The position numbers and the translations under genes were made by a program. A stretch of 64,000 bases of DNA from an uncultured delta proteobacterium (GTDB taxonomy: Bacteria > Desulfobacterota > Binatia > Binatales > Binataceae). The notes below the pieces were generated by a model. That model saw nothing but the letters and a program-made list of their open reading frames with translations. It was not told the origin of the DNA and did no database searches. The stretch spans positions 2,016,001-2,080,000 of the forward strand of contig CAVXXK010000001.1 of the NCBI GenBank assembly GCA_963765675.1, in the 5' to 3' direction. Positions 57,485-64,000 of the stretch are shown piece after piece; position 1 is the stretch's first letter, and each line of letters begins with the position of its first letter.

Positions 57485-58699
57485 ATGCCCTTACCCGCTC
57501 GCTGGAAAAACAAGCTCGAGGCCGCGGACCCCGCCGACGAGGTGATGGAGATCCAGATGGGGCCGTCGCATCCGGCGTCGCACGGCACTATCAAGTTCAA
57601 TCTCAAGCTCGACGGCGAACGGATTGTCGATTGCGATGTCGAGGTCGGCTACCTGCATCGTGGGTTCGAAAAGATGTGCGAGCAGGGGACCTGGACCCAG
57701 GCGTTTCCCTACACCGACCGGCTGAATTACGCGTCGCCCTGCATCAACAACGTCGCCTTCGCGCTGGCGGTCGAGAATCTGCTCGATCTCGAGATCACCG
57801 AGCGATGCAAATACGTGCGCGTGATCATGAGCGAGGTCTCGCGTATCGCCGACCATCTCACCTGTCTCGGGATGGCGTCCGGCGAGGTCGGCGCGCAGAC
57901 CGTGATGTTCTACATGCTCGAGGCGCGCGAGTTCCTGTACGACCTGATCGAGGCGGTGACCGGCGCGCGGCTGACTATCACGTGGTGCAGGGTCGGCGGC
58001 CTCGCAACCGACCTGCCGGCTGATTTTTCCGAGCGGATTCGCGCGTCGTTCAAGTGCCTGGATTCGGTCATGTCCGATTGCGACAAGCTGCTATCGCGCA
58101 ACCGCGTGTTTGTCGATCGGATGAGCGACATCGGCATCATCCCGCGCGAGGATGCGATCTCCTATGGCCTCACCGGGCCGTTGCTGCGCGCGTCGGGCGT
58201 GTCATACGACGTGCGCAAGGCGCATCCCTACCTGGTTTACGATCGCTTCGATTTCGACATCCCAATCGGCGAGCGCGGCGACAACTACGACCGCTTCAAC
58301 GTCCGCTTCCAGGAGATCGCGCAGTCGCGCAGGATTATCGAGCAGGCGATGGCTTCGATTCCCGAGGGTCCCGTATCGATCGACAATCCGCGCGTCGTGA
58401 TGCCGCCCAAGGAGCGCGTGTACAACTCGATCGAAGGTTTGATGAACCACTTCAAGCTGGTGATGGAAGGAATCAAGGTGCCGCCGGGCGAGACCTATAC
58501 CGCGGTCGAGGGCGCCAACGGCGAATTGGGCTTCTACGTGGTCAGCGACGGCAGCGGGCGGCCGTACCGGGTGCGGGTGCGTCCGCCATGCTTTTTCGGG
58601 ATGGGGGCGCTTGGTCAGATGCTTATCGGGCATATGATCCCCGATGTCATCACGACTTTTGGCATGATCAACATGATCGGCGGCGAATGCGATCGTTGA
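57485..58699 (+). CDS. nuoD: NADH-quinone oxidoreductase subunit D
   Basis: 'MGPSHPASHG','GYLHRGFEK','DRLNY','GPLLRASG','GECDR'. Confidence 0.95.
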   Translation: MPLPARWKNKLEAADPADEVMEIQMGPSHPASHGTIKFNLKLDGERIVDCDVEVGYLHRGFEKMCEQGTWTQAFPYTDRLNYASPCINNVAFALAVENLLDLEITERCKYVRVIMSEVSRIADHLTCLGMASGEVGAQTVMFYMLEAREFLYDLIEAVTGARLTITWCRVGGLATDLPADFSERIRASFKCLDSVMSDCDKLLSRNRVFVDRMSDIGIIPREDAISYGLTGPLLRASGVSYDVRKAHPYLVYDRFDFDIPIGERGDNYDRFNVRFQEIAQSRRIIEQAMASIPEGPVSIDNPRVVMPPKERVYNSIEGLMNHFKLVMEGIKVPPGETYTAVEGANGELGFYVVSDGSGRPYRVRVRPPCFFGMGALGQMLIGHMIPDVITTFGMINMIGGECDR

Positions 58700-58718
58700 G
58701 CTATTAGTTGAGCTATTA
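58695..58718. repeat. Perfect 12-bp tandem duplication over the nuoD stop codon
   Basis: GTTGAGCTATTA at 58695-58706 and 58707-58718. Confidence 0.85.
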
Positions 58719-58857
58719 AACGTCCGTTAATCTGCCCGATTGCGCCGTCTCTGCCGGTTTTGCTAACCATAAATAGGGGCCGTCTCTGCCGGGCTGTAAC
58801 ATGCGGCTGCGGTGTCTACCGGAGACAGGCAGGGGAATCAGTTCTCGGCGGTGGGAG

Positions 58858-59853
58858 ATGAGAGCATTCGCCATTCGTACGCTTGCGTTACTGATCGTGC
58901 TGCTGCTTCCTGTGGCGGCGCATGCGCAGGCGTTTTCGCAAGGTTTCGAGACCGATACCAGCGGCTGGTATAACCAGGGCAACGGCAGTATCACCCGCGT
59001 TCCATCCGGCTTTTCGACCGGAGGCGGTTATGCGGACGCGATAAACTCGGCCCAAGGCAGTGATCACGCGCGCCTGCACGTCGATCCTGCCGCCAACTTC
59101 GGCAACGCCGGCAATCCCGAATGCGCTCCCGGCTCGAAGGATTGCATCGGGCCTTATACGGATTGGGGTCTCTCGTTTTCGGCCGGCCGCTTCCCTACCG
59201 GCGGAGTTTCGACCTCGGCGGATATCTACCTCGATACGGCGTTTGCCGCCGCGCACAAGGACTACCGCTTCGATTGGGACTCGGCGCTGAACGACTCGAC
59301 GGGACAGTTCCTGCAGGATTACGTGTTCAACGCCGGCACCGCGGTCCCGAACGATCCGTGCATCGAGTCGGGAGTTGCGACCGGTAATTCGCATTTCGTG
59401 ATTGCCGCCTCGACCAATGCGCTGCGCGAAAGTTCATCCCCCGAGGATCCGAATCACAACCCGCAGTGCATCACGGCTTCGGGATGGTACACGTTCCAGC
59501 ATGTCTTCAAGCCCGACGCGAATGGCAATCTTGAAGTCGACATGACGATCACGAATAAGCAGACGGGCGCCGTCGCGGCGAGCTGGACGCTGCATCCGAA
59601 CTGCGAGATGCCGCAATCGCTCGGTCTATGCTCTGAGGGCCAGCCTCTGCCGGTATCCGCGGTGGGCGGGAACGCCTATGGATGGTTCGCGAACCAGGAG
59701 ATCGATCAGCTCGCACTAGACGATACCGCTCTGCACACGCTCCAGCCGCAGTTGATCAAAGACTGCAAAGACGGCGGATGGAAAAATTTCAGCGACCCGC
59801 CGTTCAAGAATCAAGGCCAATGCGCTTCCTTCGTCGAGCACCAGGGCGACTGA
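58858..59853 (+). CDS. Secreted hypothetical protein with a C-terminal two-Cys motif
   Basis: Signal peptide ending AHA; beta-rich body with Cys pairs; C-terminus 'CKDGGWKNF...FKNQGQCASFV'. Confidence 0.75.
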   Translation: MRAFAIRTLALLIVLLLPVAAHAQAFSQGFETDTSGWYNQGNGSITRVPSGFSTGGGYADAINSAQGSDHARLHVDPAANFGNAGNPECAPGSKDCIGPYTDWGLSFSAGRFPTGGVSTSADIYLDTAFAAAHKDYRFDWDSALNDSTGQFLQDYVFNAGTAVPNDPCIESGVATGNSHFVIAASTNALRESSSPEDPNHNPQCITASGWYTFQHVFKPDANGNLEVDMTITNKQTGAVAASWTLHPNCEMPQSLGLCSEGQPLPVSAVGGNAYGWFANQEIDQLALDDTALHTLQPQLIKDCKDGGWKNFSDPPFKNQGQCASFVEHQGD

Positions 59854-60250
59854 CGGCGATCTGCTAGCTACGGAACGCACGGATTCTGCCACCTGAAGGT
59901 TGTTGCGGACCAAATCTAAGCAGTGCCCGAACGGATCAGAGAATGCTGGTGGTAGTGGTGGTCGTGGTGCGCATATCTTAGTACGCCACATGGCATTCAC
60001 ACTCAGAGCCTGATCGGCGATCTGGGACGTCGAAGCGATCGCACTGACGAAAAAATCAGGATTTCGAGCTGCCACGACTCTCGATTTCGAGGTGCGGACA
60101 CTAGCGAATGCCTGCATATCGGAGGAGCTCCTGCGGTTCCCGCTTCGCCGCGCTCAAATGGCGCGCTGTCACTCTACTACAAGCGCGTAAGGCGTTTTCG
60201 CTTCACTTAGTCACGGTCGCAGGTTCCGCTCCGAAAAGCGCTGTGTGGAA

Positions 60251-60802
60251 CTAATTTTCGCTGTTCAAGATTTTTTCAATCAAGTCCTTGCGACGATTAA
60301 AATACCAACCTGAATAGAGCGCAAGCAATGTCCCTCCGCCAAATACTGCCATTTCGGTTGCGAACGCGGAGCCACCGATAAAGTAGTATGCTGCGCAAGC
60401 ATCTAGAAAGCAGAGGCCGGAGATAATTGCTAGTGTTTTCCCTTGACGGTTTGAAAGGACAAAAATTCCGACTAAAATCGAAAGTACCGCTGCATGAACC
60501 CCCAATAACAACGGTCGCACAAAAACCACGCAGCCCACGGCGGCCGAGATTAGTAGTAGGAGAAATAGACCTTTCCCGTAAATTAACGATCTGCTCGCGG
60601 GCGTTCCACGATTTCGTCTGATAAGAGCTATTGTCCATCCTATGATTCCGCCGCCACATACAAAGATCGCTTGTACCCCGACAAAATCTCGAATGCTAAA
60701 CGCGGTCACTACAACAAGACCCACGCCAGCTCCTAACACGACCCCCAAGAGCATGAAGACCAGAAACGAAAGCCCCAGCGCATCGTTCCGCAAACTATTC
60801 AT
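60251..60802 (-). CDS. Multi-TM protein, candidate Rhs immunity protein
   Basis: About 6 hydrophobic helices, AT-rich, starts 20 nt after the Rhs stop. Confidence 0.6.
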   Translation of the reverse strand: MNSLRNDALGLSFLVFMLLGVVLGAGVGLVVVTAFSIRDFVGVQAIFVCGGGIIGWTIALIRRNRGTPASRSLIYGKGLFLLLLISAAVGCVVFVRPLLLGVHAAVLSILVGIFVLSNRQGKTLAIISGLCFLDACAAYYFIGGSAFATEMAVFGGGTLLALYSGWYFNRRKDLIEKILNSEN

Positions 60803-60822
60803 CGTTAGTCACCAATACCGAA

Positions 60823-61596
60823 CTATGGAGTTCCCGGTAAAGTCGGCAGATCTGGGAGATATCCTAGCTCACTGAAAGTCAAAGCAGAGCCATAAATCAG
60901 ACCAGCCAAAGCGCCTAAGCCCGCTCCCGCACCGATGAATGCGGGATTACCCGTAATTATCGCCAACGCGATGTCTACATCCATTCCGTATTGATACCCT
61001 GCTATGCCGTATACTGTCACGTTAGTAACCATCAGGACTGTCATTCCTACCGGGGTGTTGCCAGGTTGTTGTATCGGGCCGGGCTGAACGGCAATCTGGC
61101 TGCTTCCCGTTGGGACCTGAACCCCATTGTAGGTTACAAGGCCATCGTAACCTACCCACCTCTGGTTTTTGTTATCCCAACTCCAAGTCGTCGGTGGCGG
61201 CGAGCCACTTCCTCCGCTGCTACCGCTTTTGAGTCCCAGCGGATCCTTCCAGTCCGTCGGTTGGTTGAAGACGTACGCGTAGAAATTTACCTGGCCGCCA
61301 GAAAGACCGATCGGGTCTGGAGAGATGAAACGCTGCGCGATGGGGTTGTAGTAGCGCGAACGCAGGAAATAAAGCCCCGTCGAATCCATCTCTCGCCCCG
61401 TGTACTGAAATGCGTTTGTGCTAGCAGTTCCGCTCGTCGTCGTCTGGCCGAACGGTCCGTACGCGTAATTCCTCCCGATCGCTCCCGAGGAGTTCACTAA
61501 CCCAAGTGTCGAGCCGAGCAGATCTGGCAAAATCGTCGAAGTTCCAGATAAGTCGACGCGCGAGAAATATTGGTCGAGCCCCATTCCAGGCAGCAT
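60823..61596 (-). CDS. Orphan Rhs repeat-associated core with C-terminal putative toxin domain
   Basis: 'DLLGST','YAYGPFG','FQYTGRE.D.TGLYF.R.RYYNP...RFISPDPIG..GG..NFYAYV.NQP....DPLGL'. Confidence 0.88.
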   Translation of the reverse strand: MLPGMGLDQYFSRVDLSGTSTILPDLLGSTLGLVNSSGAIGRNYAYGPFGQTTTSGTASTNAFQYTGREMDSTGLYFLRSRYYNPIAQRFISPDPIGLSGGQVNFYAYVFNQPTDWKDPLGLKSGSSGGSGSPPPTTWSWDNKNQRWVGYDGLVTYNGVQVPTGSSQIAVQPGPIQQPGNTPVGMTVLMVTNVTVYGIAGYQYGMDVDIALAIITGNPAFIGAGAGLGALAGLIYGSALTFSELGYLPDLPTLPGTP

Positions 61597-61712
61597 GTCG
61601 CCCCCCTCAGGTTGAGAACCGCTCTTGCGCAACATTCAAAAGATCATAGACATACTGCATGGTCAAGTTTCTTGCCGTCTGCCAGGCGGTTGATCGCGAT
61701 CCGATAGATAGT

Positions 61713-64000
61713 TCAGGCGTTCGGGATGGTCGGTAGTCCACCGACGATGAAGGTTTTTCTGACCAGCGTCGACGAGTCAAAGAACAGAAACGGCGTCGGC
61801 ATCACGTCGGTGGAGCGCGGAGTTATCGCCATCCCGGGAAAATTCGGCAGCCCGTCGGTCTGATCGATCAGGTTGATTCTGACCGGGGCCGTCGTTGCTA
61901 GCTTGAGCGTCAAATCGAAGCCACCGTCGGGCACGCCCCAAAACCAGGCTGAGTAACCGTTACTCGCGCCGGCGCTCGGCGATTTTCCGTCGATCGACGA
62001 AGCCAACACCTCCACTCCGTGCGCGATTGTGATCCACACGATCGGCGCGCCGCGCGCCGACGCGATATGCATCGTCATCGTGCGAACTCCAGCCGTGGTT
62101 GAGTCGTCGAGCACGCGAAGTTCAGGCGCGGCGATCTCAGCCGCCGGTGCATCGCCCTCGATCGTCGCGCCGCCGTTGAGCTTGCAGAAGCGTCCCGCAT
62201 CGACCGCGAGTTTGTGCGCGGCCCCGTCGGCGTCTTGCGGCGGCGATGCGATCTCTCCCGTCACGAGCGCGAGCGATCCTGCTCGAACATGACTCTGGAA
62301 GAACTGCGCGGTGAAGCGGTCGGGCGCACGATCGAGGCTCGCCCAAGTCGCGTGGCCGGAGTTCGCGTCGAGGATGTAAAAGATGCTGTCGGGACGCGGC
62401 TGCGTGTCGCTGAAGCGGCTCTCGCGCATCCCGATCGCGAACAGCGCAATTCCGGCCACTGCCAGCACAGCGGCGAGCACGGCTTCATGATTCCCGGTCA
62501 GGAGATCGATGTAAGGAATAAAGATTCCGAACATCAGCACGGTGAGAATCGCGCTTACCCAAAACATCATCGGGGTTGCATCGCCGGTCGAGACGAAGAT
62601 CGGCGCGAGCATGACCGCGCAGGGGATGACCGCGACTATGGTCGCCAATATCGCCGGAATCGGATCACGCGATTGCCGTCTGGTCCATCTGAGATTGAGT
62701 GCGAGCGCCGCGAATAGCAGCGGCCACGTCAGCAGATAACTGCCGCCCGGGAGCGCGGCCGCGCATCCGAGCGCCAGAAGGGCCAAGATCGCGAGCGCAG
62801 CGGCGGCAAGATTCGCGCGCGAGATACGGCGAGCCAGCCACCAGTAAATCGCGCAAAGAGTCGCGAAGACGAAGGCGATTGATGCGGCGACGAAAAATGC
62901 GCCGCCATAGCTGGTCCCGATTGGGAGCATCTCGCGCGAAACGAAATGGGTGAAGATGGTCAAGACGATGCGGCTCTCGACCAAGGACAGCACGATCGCC
63001 GCCGCATAGATCCCGAAGCCTGCACAGATTCCGCCGACGCTGAACGATCCGCGCCTGATGCCGGCGATAAGCGAGATCAGCAAAATCACGGAGACAAGAA
63101 TCGCGAGCGGCATCGCCATCGACGCTGGATAGTGGAAGAACTCGCCGAACGCGGAGAAATAAATCGCGTTGCCCGCGTGAGGCTGGCTCAAATCGGCGGC
63201 GCCGAACTCGCGCGCGAGCGATAGCGCGTAGCTTCCCTGATGCTGCATCGAGCGCGGATCGAGATTCGCGATATTGTCGAGCCGCGTGTGATAGCGCGTC
63301 AGCCCTCGCGTCGCGGCGAAGTTCATCCCGGCCATCCCGGCGCGCAGAAAAACCGTGAGATCGGTGTCGTTCGGCATCCTTCGATACGCTGTCGGCGCGA
63401 GCGAGCTTGCGCGTGGGAACGGAGCCGCGGAGAGCGCCTGAATCAACCACGCATTGTCGTCGCTGGTCTGAAACATCGCGACCGGACCGTAGTCGCCGCG
63501 CATCTCGAAGTTGAGCGCGACTTTCACGTCGTGCAGAGCAGGATAGTTCTCGACGAACGCCTTCGCGCCGAGCATCCCGAGCTCTTCGCCGTCAGTGAAG
63601 AGCACGATCAAATCGTTGCGCAGGGGAGGACCGGCTTTTGAGCGCGCGGACGGTCTCCAGAATCGCCGCGACCGCCGCCGAGTCGTCGCCCGCACCGGGT
63701 CCGCTCGGGACTGAATCGTAGTGCGCCACGAGCATGATCGCGCCGGTGCTGGCGCTGCCCGGAATGCGTGCGACGATATTGTTGACGCTCGCGAAAGTTC
63801 GCAGTCCCGACGGGTTCGTGCGCGCTACGGTTGCGGTTTGAATCTCTGGCGCAACGCCAAGCTCGGCGAGGCGCTTCATCAGGTAGCCGCGCACGCGTGC
63901 ATTCTCCGCCGAGGCGAGCGGATGCGGCCGCGCGGCAATCTCGCGCAGATCGGGCATCGCGCGCGCCGCCGAAAAATCCATCGCGGGAGCGCCCGCGCCG
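61713..64000 (-). CDS. M28 family membrane-bound peptidase; frameshift at a T4 run near 63636-63639; 5' end probably beyond the window
   Basis: 'NIVARIPG','AHYDSV','GAGDD','FTDGEELG','NFEMRG','PNDTD','YHT..D' plus many TMs. Confidence 0.88.

Noticed and set aside
57485-58699. Cys-rich NuoD as a group 4 [NiFe]-hydrogenase large subunit
   Set aside because: No N- and C-terminal CxxC Ni-binding motifs; HPASHG and the GExDR end are typical of NuoD
59716-60117. ORF containing 'FSDPFGH' as a VOC-family remnant
   Set aside because: Match is only seven residues, the rest is not VOC-like, and it overlaps the end of the plus-strand gene
63630-63645. Programmed frameshift in the M28 peptidase
   Set aside because: A single extra base in an A4 run with no canonical slippery heptamer; same pattern as the other probable errors
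1-64000. CRISPR array, rRNA, transposase, integrase or prophage genes
   Set aside because: No regularly spaced repeats or recognisable motifs for these were seen

Overview
GC-rich bacterial chromosomal window with about 60 genes and one tRNA-Leu(CAA). The gene mix (four family III CoA-transferases, DUF1329, hydantoinase/oxoprolinase, SBP56) suggests a deltaproteobacteria-related soil lineage such as Binatota; this is inference only. Most of it is housekeeping or catabolic: grxD-bolA, thiI, maf-yggS-proC-yggT, slt, amgK-murU, menA, nuoA/C/D. The most notable features are: (1) a co-directional 9.5-kb run with a signal-less SBP56/methanethiol-oxidase homologue, translationally coupled to a His-rich membrane protein of unknown function, followed by an OmpR-type two-component system and a TolC/MFP/RND pump; (2) an accessory islet after nuoD, bounded by a 12-bp tandem duplication, carrying an AT-richer orphan Rhs core with a hydrophobic Gly-rich C-terminal domain and a multi-TM candidate immunity gene; (3) a nuoA-nuoC-nuoD cluster lacking nuoB; (4) two families of small intergenic repeats and a consensus sigma-54 promoter. 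Four genes carry small (1-2 nt) frameshifts, most likely sequencing errors. I saw no CRISPR array, rRNA, transposase or integrase. All calls come from reading motifs by eye; no searches were run.
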